NCBI GenBank assembly: GCA_944321515.1
Contig: CALULO010000002.1
Coordinates: forward strand, 39,163 to 103,162
Source of the DNA: an uncultured Atopobiaceae bacterium
Lineage (GTDB): Bacteria; Actinomycetota; Coriobacteriia; Coriobacteriales; Atopobiaceae
Direction: 5' to 3'
Length of the DNA stretch: 64,000 bases
A program made the position numbers and the translations under genes. The notes under the pieces are model-generated. The model was given only the letters and a program-made list of their open reading frames with translations. It made no database searches and was not told the origin of the DNA. Shown here piece by piece: positions 19,161 to 26,331 of this stretch. Each line of letters begins with the position of its first letter. Positions within the stretch are counted from its first letter, which is position 1.

Positions 19161-19378
19161 GGCGTCGGGCGTTCCCGCCCGCCGCCCGTAAGGACGCAGG
19201 TCAGTCGACCGTTGAGTACCTGCTGGTGCTGAGCGCGTTTCTCGCCGCCATCCTGGCGCTCGGGGCGCTCTGGCACGCCGCGCGGGACGGTGCGCTCGTG
19301 GGGCTTGCCAGCAGGGCCGCCTCGCACAGCGCCGGGCAGGGGGCCGTCCCCCTGCTCAAGGACGTCCTGGGGTTCTGA
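19025..19378 (+). CDS. Second Flp-like (DUF4244-like) pilin; start codon unresolved
   Basis: The motif G/QSTVEYLLVLSAFLAAILAL (from about 19199) is a class III pilin signature. The only ATGs (19025, 19031) overlap the upstream gene by about 130 nt. After the upstream stop (19160) the only in-frame near-cognate start is CTG 19157. Confidence 0.55.
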   Translation: MGMRAAGKRLGRGGRRERGRRRGRERGRDDAHGRGGRRGERRRRLRRRAFPPAARKDAGQSTVEYLLVLSAFLAAILALGALWHAARDGALVGLASRAASHSAGQGAVPLLKDVLGF

Positions 19379-19379
19379 G

Positions 19380-19853
19380 GTGGGGGCGCTCGGACAGAGG
19401 CGCGGTCAGATGAGCGTGGAGGCCGCGATGCTGATTCCCGTGGTGCTGACGCTTCTGGCCCTTCTCGTCCAGCCTGCGTGCGTCCTCTATACGCGGGCGG
19501 TCATGGACGCGACGGCCGGCGAGCTCGTGAGGCTCGCCGTCACCTCTCGCGGGTCAGGCGACGACCTGCGAGCCTATGCGCTCCGCCGGCTCGCTGCGGT
19601 TCCCGAAGTGCCCTCCTTTCACGTGGGCGGCGCGCGGGCGTGGGAGGTGAGCGTCGAAGGGCCTGACGAGGAGGGGCGCGTCACGGCCGTGGTCGAGGGG
19701 CGCGTGAGGCCGCTCCCGCTCGTAGGTGTTGTGGTTCATGCGCTTGGGCGGACGGACGGGCAGGACGTGGTGGTGCGCGCGGAGGCGGTGCTCGATGCGC
19801 GAGCGGAATGGATTGGAGGGGGCTATGAGGACTGGGTCGGCGTCTGGGAGTGA
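19380..19853 (+). CDS. TadE-like pseudopilin
   Basis: The GTG at 19380 lies 1 nt after the preceding stop. The N-terminus GQRRGQMSVEAAMLIPVVLTLL matches the TadE-like N-terminal domain pattern. Confidence 0.65.
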   Translation: MGALGQRRGQMSVEAAMLIPVVLTLLALLVQPACVLYTRAVMDATAGELVRLAVTSRGSGDDLRAYALRRLAAVPEVPSFHVGGARAWEVSVEGPDEEGRVTAVVEGRVRPLPLVGVVVHALGRTDGQDVVVRAEAVLDARAEWIGGGYEDWVGVWE

Positions 19854-19881
19854 GCGTGGGGGCCTTCGGGCACGAGGGGGC

Positions 19882-21924
19882 ATGCCCCGGGCCTCCTCCC
19901 GCCCCGTCCCCTGCGCGATGGGTGCCTTCCTGGATGACGAGGGCGGCTTCACCACGGTTGCGGTGGCCGTCTCGCTGCTGCTGAGCCTGACGCTCGTGTT
20001 CTCCGCGGCCTCTGCGGGGTGGGTGGCGTCTCGCTCCTCCGAGGTGCAGCGGGTGGCGGACGCCGCCGCGCTGGCGGGACAGAACGCCGTGGCGTCCTTC
20101 TCGACGATCGTTCAGGTGCTTGACGCCTGCGTGCTCAGCATGGGGCTCACAGGCATCGTCACCTATGGCGCGGGGCTTGTGGTCTCGTGCGTGCCCGGGC
20201 TTGGCGCAGCAGGGGCAGAGCTGTGCTCCGCGGGTGGGCGAATCCTCGAGGCGCGTCGCGGCTTCGCGCGGTCCGCGGCGAGTGGGGTGGAGAGGCTCGA
20301 GGCCACGCTCCCGCTTCTCGTCGTGGCAAACTCCGCCTCCTGCGTGACGGCCAACTCCGTCGGGGGCGTCTCCTACGCAGGGTGCGCGCTGCCGGTCCCT
20401 GCCACCTCTGGGTCGGACTTCTCCGCACTGGCGGCGGACGTTGACGACGAGGACCTCTCCGAGCTCTCAGAGGAGGTCCGCGAGGCGTCCGACGAGGCCC
20501 GTCGGGCGCGGGAGCGCGCAGACGAGGACCTTGAGCGCGGCTGGGCGGCGGACTGCGGAACCACGCCCTACTGCCTGCGCGAGCGCGCGGCCTCCCTCGC
20601 CGGGCTCACCGGTCCCGAGAACCCCGACTACCCCTCGCCTGCGGGCTGGACGTTTGGGGCCCCGCTTGCTCGGGCGCGGGCCTACTACGCCGCTCGCCTC
20701 GCCGCGGAGCGGCCCGCGGGGGGCGGTGCCGAGGAGCTCACCGACTCCGCGTGCCGCCGCGCCTTCTACGTCTACGCGCTCTCGGAGGTCCGCGCCGGCT
20801 CCTACGTGGAGCTTCCGGACGGATCCGCGTCCATGAATCTGCCCACCCTGCCGAAAAACGCCGAGGAGACTCGTGAGACGAGCCTCTACACGGCCTCGGG
20901 GTGGCCCTGCACCGACGAGGGGGACGGTCGCACCCTGCACTGCTCGACGGGGTGTCCGGGCGCTACGGGCGCCCCCTCGGGCACGGCGTCGCTCGCTGAG
21001 CTCGAGGGCGGGGCCGTCCGTGAGTGCGAGGTCTGCCGGATGAGCATCACCGAGCTCGGGAGGGTGGCGTCCGCCTCCACCTCGATCAGCAACGGCTTCG
21101 AGCACCACTGGCGCGCTGTCGTGGAGGCGGCGGAGGACTACGAGGAGGCAACGGCCGAGCTTGCCGACGCCGAGGCCCGCACGCGCGAGCTCGCCGGGCA
21201 GGGGGCGGAGTCCTTCTCCGCGGCGCTCGACCAGCTCTCCCTCGAGCGCCCCACGCTTCGCCCCCCGGGGGCCTGGGGGTGTGTCGCCGTGGTGACGCGC
21301 GCCGAGGGGGAGACTGCCCCCACGGAGCTGACGAGCTCGTTTGTCTCCGGATTCGAGCTGCCGGCGGGGGCTGCCGCCTCTGCTGCGGTCCTCGCCCCGG
21401 ATGAGTCAACAGCTGAGAACAACGTGCTCGCCAGCTTCCTCGACTCGCTCAGCACGGGGGACTCCGCCCTCGGGGGCGCCGCAGACGGCGTGCTCGAGCT
21501 TTGGGGGGAGCTGCTCGTGGGCTACGGCTCCGCCCACGGAGACGTCTCCGACGCGGCGAGCGAGTTTCTCGACGGACTTGACGGCGTGCTTGGGGGCAGC
21601 GTGGGGTCGTGGCTGCGCGGCCGTCTCAAGGCGATCATGGCGGACGCGGGGCTTGAGCCGGTGGACCTGCGCCTAAGGAAGCCCGTGCTCACCAACACGC
21701 AGGACGTGTTGGACAAGGGCGGGTTCGAGCAGGCCGCGGTGGTCCGCGAGCTGGTGGCGTCCCTCCCAGGCTCCGCCTCCGTGTACGACTTCGCCACGTC
21801 GGCCGGACTTCGGCTTGTCGACGAGGTCGGCGGCGAGCTCACGATCGCCGAGCTCCCCCTTCCGGGGACGGGCGTCTCCATCCCGCTGACGGTCAACCTC
21901 TCGAGGTCTGGTGAGGCGGCGTGA
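19882..21924 (+). CDS. Large TadG-like pilus assembly protein
   Basis: The N-terminus EGGFTTVAVAVSLLLSLTLVF...VADAAALAGQNAV resembles TadG/pilus-assembly N-terminal domains and is followed by a long extracellular region. The start (19882 or 19918) is uncertain. Confidence 0.6.
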   Translation: MPRASSRPVPCAMGAFLDDEGGFTTVAVAVSLLLSLTLVFSAASAGWVASRSSEVQRVADAAALAGQNAVASFSTIVQVLDACVLSMGLTGIVTYGAGLVVSCVPGLGAAGAELCSAGGRILEARRGFARSAASGVERLEATLPLLVVANSASCVTANSVGGVSYAGCALPVPATSGSDFSALAADVDDEDLSELSEEVREASDEARRARERADEDLERGWAADCGTTPYCLRERAASLAGLTGPENPDYPSPAGWTFGAPLARARAYYAARLAAERPAGGGAEELTDSACRRAFYVYALSEVRAGSYVELPDGSASMNLPTLPKNAEETRETSLYTASGWPCTDEGDGRTLHCSTGCPGATGAPSGTASLAELEGGAVRECEVCRMSITELGRVASASTSISNGFEHHWRAVVEAAEDYEEATAELADAEARTRELAGQGAESFSAALDQLSLERPTLRPPGAWGCVAVVTRAEGETAPTELTSSFVSGFELPAGAAASAAVLAPDESTAENNVLASFLDSLSTGDSALGGAADGVLELWGELLVGYGSAHGDVSDAASEFLDGLDGVLGGSVGSWLRGRLKAIMADAGLEPVDLRLRKPVLTNTQDVLDKGGFEQAAVVRELVASLPGSASVYDFATSAGLRLVDEVGGELTIAELPLPGTGVSIPLTVNLSRSGEAA

Positions 21925-22409
21925 GCGGCCCGGCGGCGGCCCTGTGGGCGCGTCTGCGTCGGAGGCGGGGCGGGCAGATGACGGTGGAGCTTGCGGTGCT
22001 CACCCCCGTGGTCATCGTGGTGGGGCTCGTGGTGCTGAACCTGATGTGGTTCGTGGACGCGTGCTCGGCCTTTGACCAGGCTGCTCTTGACGCGGTGGTG
22101 GCTCACGGGGTTGCCCCCTCCGGAGAGCAGAGCCAGCAGCGCGCGGTGGAGGAGGTGCGTGCCGCGCTCTCGGAGGCGCTCGGGCGCAAGGGCTGTGGGG
22201 TTGAGGTGCGGGCAGAGCCGGCGGGAGAGGGACCAGGGGGCGCGGCGTTTGCGGTATCTCCGCTCCTCACGCGCTATATCTGCACGCTCACCTACCATCC
22301 CTGGCCGCGCCTGGTGCGGATGCCCGGCGTCACGTATGAGGCTCCGCTTGCGCTGCGCCACGAGCGGGAGCTCGTGGTGGACCGCTATCGCCCGGGCGTG
22401 GTGGTGTGA
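21921..22409 (+). CDS. TadE-like pseudopilin
   Basis: A GTGA overlap couples it to the preceding gene. The N-terminus RGGQMTVELAVLTPVVIVVGLVVL is TadE-like. Confidence 0.65.
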   Translation: MSGPAAALWARLRRRRGGQMTVELAVLTPVVIVVGLVVLNLMWFVDACSAFDQAALDAVVAHGVAPSGEQSQQRAVEEVRAALSEALGRKGCGVEVRAEPAGEGPGGAAFAVSPLLTRYICTLTYHPWPRLVRMPGVTYEAPLALRHERELVVDRYRPGVVV

Positions 22410-22410
22410 G

Positions 22411-22773
22411 ATGCGCTGCCTGGTGAGGCTCGTGTCTGAGGAGCGCCCGGAAATGGCTCTTGACCTGCGGGCCCTCTGCACGTGGGCGGAGCGCCTGCGC
22501 GGGCTTCTTGGGACGGGGGCGGACACCGAGGGCGTGCTGCTCTCCCGCTGCGGGTCCATTCACACGTTCGGGATGCGCTATGCGCTCGACGTGGCCTTCG
22601 TGGGGGAGCGGGGCGAGGTGCTCAGGGTGTGCCGCGGGCTCGGGCCGCGCTGCACCGCCTCGTGCCACGGCGCGCGCTGCGTGATAGAGCGGCCCGCGCG
22701 CGAGGGCCCGTGGGTGGAGGAGGGGGAGCACCTCTGGGCTGCCGCCGTCACGGCGGAGGCGCTGGGGGCGTAG
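22411..22773 (+). CDS. DUF192 (COG1430) family protein
   Basis: The ATG lies 1 nt after the preceding stop. DUF192-type motifs are present: RLRGLLG, GSIHTFGMRYALDVAF, ARCVIERPA. Confidence 0.65.
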   Translation: MRCLVRLVSEERPEMALDLRALCTWAERLRGLLGTGADTEGVLLSRCGSIHTFGMRYALDVAFVGERGEVLRVCRGLGPRCTASCHGARCVIERPAREGPWVEEGEHLWAAAVTAEALGA

Positions 22774-22833
22774 GGCATGGCGAGGCCGTGTCGGCGAGGG
22801 CGAGAAGGACGAGAAGAGACGAGGGAGAGAAAC

Positions 22834-23358
22834 ATGGGCATGATTGAGAGGCGCGCCACCCCGTACCCGACGAAGACCTGCCCGCGCTGCGGGGCGGAGC
22901 TCTATGCGGACATGAACATCTGCTACGGCTGTCTGTACGACTTCTCCAGGGACGCGTCCCGCCGCGTGGAGGCCGAGATGCCGCTGGCGTCGCAAAGGCC
23001 GCGCGGAGACACGGTCGACCTCTCCGCAGCCTCGACAGCGCTTCCGCATGCTGACGAGGTGGGGATGCTCGTGCGCACGCCGTCGGTTGATCTCTGGGTG
23101 CCGGTTGGGGAGAAGGGCGTCTCGCTCGGACGCGGGCCGGAGAACGACGTCGTGCTCCACTCGCCCGCAATCTCCCATCGGCATCTGTGGCTCACCCCAA
23201 CCCCGGACGGCATGGAGGTCTGCGACCTCGGCTCCACGAATCCCGCCCGCTACCACGGCCGGGAGGTGCGTGAGCGCGTCGTCGCCCCCTACGGGGACTC
23301 CCTCGACGTCTGCGGCTGCATCCTCACCATGACAGGGCCAGCCCCAACCAGCCCGTGA
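22834..23358 (+). CDS. Zinc-ribbon + FHA domain protein
   Basis: It has an N-terminal CPRCG...CYGC ribbon and a C-terminal FHA core (VSLGRGPENDVVL...ISHRHLWL...STNPARYHG). The RBS GAGGGAGAG precedes the ATG at 22834. Confidence 0.75.
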   Translation: MGMIERRATPYPTKTCPRCGAELYADMNICYGCLYDFSRDASRRVEAEMPLASQRPRGDTVDLSAASTALPHADEVGMLVRTPSVDLWVPVGEKGVSLGRGPENDVVLHSPAISHRHLWLTPTPDGMEVCDLGSTNPARYHGREVRERVVAPYGDSLDVCGCILTMTGPAPTSP

Positions 23359-23506
23359 GCGCCGAGGCGCCCAGGAGCCCCTTCACGACGGGGCGGGCCC
23401 GTCGCCGGACGGGGCAGCGCTGTCACGAGGACCGTCAGCCCCTCTGCTATGCTTGCTGCCAGCACGACGTCACGCGTCCGCCGCCCTCGTCTTTCGGAGG
23501 CAGCCC

Positions 23507-25477
23507 ATGAGAACCAGACCGTCCTTCAGCCGGCGCCTGCCGGCCCTCCTTGCTGCGCTGCTTGTCACGCTCGCGGCCCTTCTCGCCGCGCCGCCGGCCG
23601 CCTACGCGAGCGACTACGAGATCTCCGACGTGAACATCGACGCCACGGTCACCTCGGACGGCACGCTGCGGGTGGTCGAGACGCGTACCTTTGACTTTGA
23701 CGGCAGCTTCAACGGTGTCTACTGGCGCATCCCCACCGGGCGCAACGCGGATAACGGCCAGGACGTCCAGGTGTCGCTGCTCTACGCGGGCGAGGGGACC
23801 CCCGACAGCCTCACCGCCTTCGAGGAGTCGGACTCCGGCCTCGACGGCACCTATGAGCTCTCCGGCCAGGGCGACGTCCTTCAGGTCAAGCTCTATGCCC
23901 CGCACGCGGACGAGGCGGTCTCGTTCACGATTGCCTACGAGGCCACGGGCATCGTCACGCGCTGGCAGGACACAGGGGAGCTCTACTGGAAGTTCGTCTC
24001 GGACGGCTGGAGCGTCGAGTCTCGTGACGTCACCTGCACGCTGCACCTGCCGGTCCCCGCCGGGGAGTCTGTGACCCCGGGGGACAACGTGCGCGCCTGG
24101 GGCCACGGGCCGCTTGACGCCTCCGTCGCCTTTGACGGGGACGAGGTCCGCTTCGACGTGCCGGGCGTGGGCACAGAGGAGTTCGCCGAGATGCGCGTGA
24201 CCTTCCCGCCCTCCTGGGTGTCCGGGCTCGAGGAGACGCCTGCCGCGCGGATGGATACGATCCTCTCCGAGGAGCAGCAATGGGCCGAGGACGCCAACGC
24301 CGCCCGCGCCCAGGCCCGCGCCCTCTACTTCGGGGCCATCGGCGTGGCCGCCGCGCTTGTCGTGGCCTCCGTCGTGAGCGCGATCGTGTGCCGTGTGCGC
24401 TACCGGCGCGACTTCGCCCCGCGCTTCTCCGACACCTACTTCCGCGACGTCCCGACCACAGACCATCCCGCCGTCTTGGGAGTCCTTGCAAACGGGGGCT
24501 CGGCCGAGGCCAAGGAGCTCACCGCCACGCTCATGCGCCTCACCGACGAGGGCTGCGTCCGTCTGGACAAGGTGACCACACGCCGCAGGGGCCTGTTCGG
24601 AGAGAAGACCGAGGACGACTACCGGCTCACCAGGCTGAGCGACGTCCCCGCTCCATCCGAGGACGCGGAGGCCGTTGCGCGGGCCTCTCGCAAGATTGAC
24701 GCCAGGGCGCTGAGCCTGCTCTTCGACAAGGTGGCGGGTGAGGGGGACGAGACGTCCGCGGACCTGCTCTTCTCCGAGCTCGAGGGGTATGCCAAGCGTA
24801 ACCCCGAGGGCTACTCGGACGCCTACGAGGCCTGGAAGGGCGCCGTGGAGGGGGCCTACCTGGAGCGCTTCACGAGCGCGGGCGAGCGCGTGCGCGGCAG
24901 GGTGCTGCTCTGGGCCCTGTGTGCCGCCGACGTCGTCGTGCTGATTGCCAGCACGATTGCCCTGGTGGTTGCCGAGGCGCCCGCGTACGTGTTCGTCATC
25001 CTGGCGGTTGCTCTCCTGGCTGCGTGCGCCGTGCTCGTGCTGACGGCAAACTCGATGAAGGACCTCAGCAGAGAGGCGGTCGAGGTACGGGCGCAGCTCG
25101 AGGCGCTCCGCCGCTGGCTGCGCGAGTTCACAAGGCTTGACGAGGCGGTGCCCTCAGACGTGGCGCTCTGGAACCGCCTGCTCGTGATGGCGGTGGTCCT
25201 CGGCGTGGCCGAGGAGGTGATCAATCAGCTCAAGGTGGCGCTGCCCGAGATGCTCGAGGACCCCTACCTCATGCCCACCTACGGCTGGTTCTTCTGGTAT
25301 GGCACGGGCGCCCGTCGGCCTGTCGAGGCCTTCTCCGAGCGCGTCGACTCCGCCCACCACGTCTCCGCCGCCGCGCTCGCGGGCTCGTCCTCTAGCTCGT
25401 TTGGCGGCGGGGGAGGCGGCTTCTCCGGCGGGGGAGGCGGCGGCTTCGGCGGCGGGGGAGGCGGCGGTGCCTTCTAG
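23507..25477 (+). CDS. DUF2207 domain membrane protein
   Basis: It has a signal peptide, an extracellular DUF2207-type N-domain (YEISDVNIDATVTSDGTLRV), TM segments and the characteristic Gly-rich tail (GGGGGFSGGGGGGFGGGGGGG). The RBS is CGGAGG. Confidence 0.75.
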   Translation: MRTRPSFSRRLPALLAALLVTLAALLAAPPAAYASDYEISDVNIDATVTSDGTLRVVETRTFDFDGSFNGVYWRIPTGRNADNGQDVQVSLLYAGEGTPDSLTAFEESDSGLDGTYELSGQGDVLQVKLYAPHADEAVSFTIAYEATGIVTRWQDTGELYWKFVSDGWSVESRDVTCTLHLPVPAGESVTPGDNVRAWGHGPLDASVAFDGDEVRFDVPGVGTEEFAEMRVTFPPSWVSGLEETPAARMDTILSEEQQWAEDANAARAQARALYFGAIGVAAALVVASVVSAIVCRVRYRRDFAPRFSDTYFRDVPTTDHPAVLGVLANGGSAEAKELTATLMRLTDEGCVRLDKVTTRRRGLFGEKTEDDYRLTRLSDVPAPSEDAEAVARASRKIDARALSLLFDKVAGEGDETSADLLFSELEGYAKRNPEGYSDAYEAWKGAVEGAYLERFTSAGERVRGRVLLWALCAADVVVLIASTIALVVAEAPAYVFVILAVALLAACAVLVLTANSMKDLSREAVEVRAQLEALRRWLREFTRLDEAVPSDVALWNRLLVMAVVLGVAEEVINQLKVALPEMLEDPYLMPTYGWFFWYGTGARRPVEAFSERVDSAHHVSAAALAGSSSSSFGGGGGGFSGGGGGGFGGGGGGGAF

Positions 25478-25597
25478 CCCACCGCGGCCCGTCCCCCAGG
25501 GGGCGGGCCCGTTCGGCGTCCGGGCGACTGCGTGCGGTGGCCCCTCCGGCCATGCCCTCGGCCGCGGCGCCGTGCGGGGACTTCCATGCATACCAAA

Positions 25598-25628
25598 GCA
25601 GGCCGGAAGCTCATAGCCTCCGGCCTGC
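25598..25628. terminator. Hairpin between the DUF2207 gene and the tRNA-Phe 3' end (possible bidirectional terminator)
   Basis: The stem GCAGGCCGGA / TCCGGCCTGC is a perfect 10 bp with an 11 nt loop. The flanking T/A tracts are weak. Confidence 0.45.
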
Positions 25629-25636
25629 GAAAGTTC

Positions 25637-25712
25637 TGGTGGCGGGGAAGGGAGTCGAACCCCTGACACGGGGATTTTCAGTCCCCTGCTCTACCAACTG
25701 AGCTACCCAGCC
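25637..25712 (-). tRNA. tRNA-Phe (anticodon GAA), CCA encoded
   Basis: The reverse complement folds as a cloverleaf: GGCTGGG-TA-GCTC-AGTTGGTA-GAGC-A-GGGGA-CTGAAAA-TCCCC-GTGTC-AGGGG-TTCGACT-CCCTT-CCCCGCC-A-CCA. There is one U4-C69 mismatch in the acceptor stem. Confidence 0.93.
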
Positions 25713-25728
25713 ATTTGGTGCGGGAATT

Positions 25729-25756
25729 ACTATATCAAACTCGCCCGCGGTGTCAA
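25729..25756 (-). promoter_or_regulatory. Sigma-70-type promoter of tRNA-Phe
   Basis: The minus strand reads TTGACA-N16-TATAGT. The -10 box ends 16 nt before the tRNA 5' end, and an A-rich tract lies upstream. Confidence 0.6.
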
Positions 25757-25831
25757 AGACTTTTTTGAGACGACGAGAGGAACCCGTCGCCCCGATGCCC
25801 CGAGACCGCGCCCGGCGCCCCACGGGCGCCC

Positions 25832-26176
25832 CTAGTACCGCACCTCGAACTGGTGCTCATCCGGGTCCACCGGGATGTCCTCGCGGTCTGCGATGACGTA
25901 GGTGATCGGGTGACGGCGGTACTCCTCGAGCATCTGCGGGAGGAATGCTCCCACGTGGGCGTCTGTGCCCTGGATTTCCGCGCTGACGGAGCCGTCGGGG
26001 TTGTTCCTCACCCAGCCTGTGAGCCCGAGGCGCTTGGCTACCAGCGAGGACGTCCAGCGAAAGCCCACGCCCTGGACCTGCCCTACAAAACGCAGCTTGA
26101 GCCTGCGCACGTCGCCGGGAAGCCCGCCATCGCGGGCGCCGCCTCCCGCGCCCCTCTCTCTCCAGTCTCTGAGCAT
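25832..26176 (-). CDS. acyP: Acylphosphatase
   Basis: The core motif is VGQVQGVGFRW...GWVRNNPDGSV. The ATG at 26176 follows GGAGG. A shorter GTG start at 26110 is possible. Confidence 0.85.
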   Translation of the reverse strand: MLRDWRERGAGGGARDGGLPGDVRRLKLRFVGQVQGVGFRWTSSLVAKRLGLTGWVRNNPDGSVSAEIQGTDAHVGAFLPQMLEEYRRHPITYVIADREDIPVDPDEHQFEVRY

Positions 26177-26287
26177 CAGGCCTCCAATGGTCTGCCGCTT
26201 TCACCGTCCGCCCGCCGCCTGGCTATCCGTGGCTGTCCAGAAATGATGATCGCCGGGCCCGTCGCGGCCCTTGCGGGGCCCGTTGCG

Positions 26288-26293
26288 TACAAT
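26288..26293 (+). promoter_or_regulatory. Candidate -10 box TACAAT upstream of the tannase-like gene
   Basis: TACAAT lies 39 nt upstream of the ATG at 26332, and the RBS AAGGAGG lies between them. Confidence 0.3.
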
Positions 26294-26331
26294 ATTACCC
26301 GCGCCTTCATGTCCACGCACAAGGAGGAACG

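Noticed and set aside
13162-25712. The Tad/DUF2207 block was considered as a tRNA-Phe-integrated genomic island.
   Set aside because: No integrase or recombinase is present, and no copy of the tRNA 3' segment was found at the left boundary (13162-13400). The block's G+C looks as high as its surroundings. Adjacency to the tRNA 3' end is noted but insufficient.
70-25712. A functional link between pheT at the window start and tRNA-Phe at 25.6 kb was considered.
   Set aside because: The two are separated by more than 20 kb of unrelated genes on different strands. The co-occurrence is most simply coincidental.
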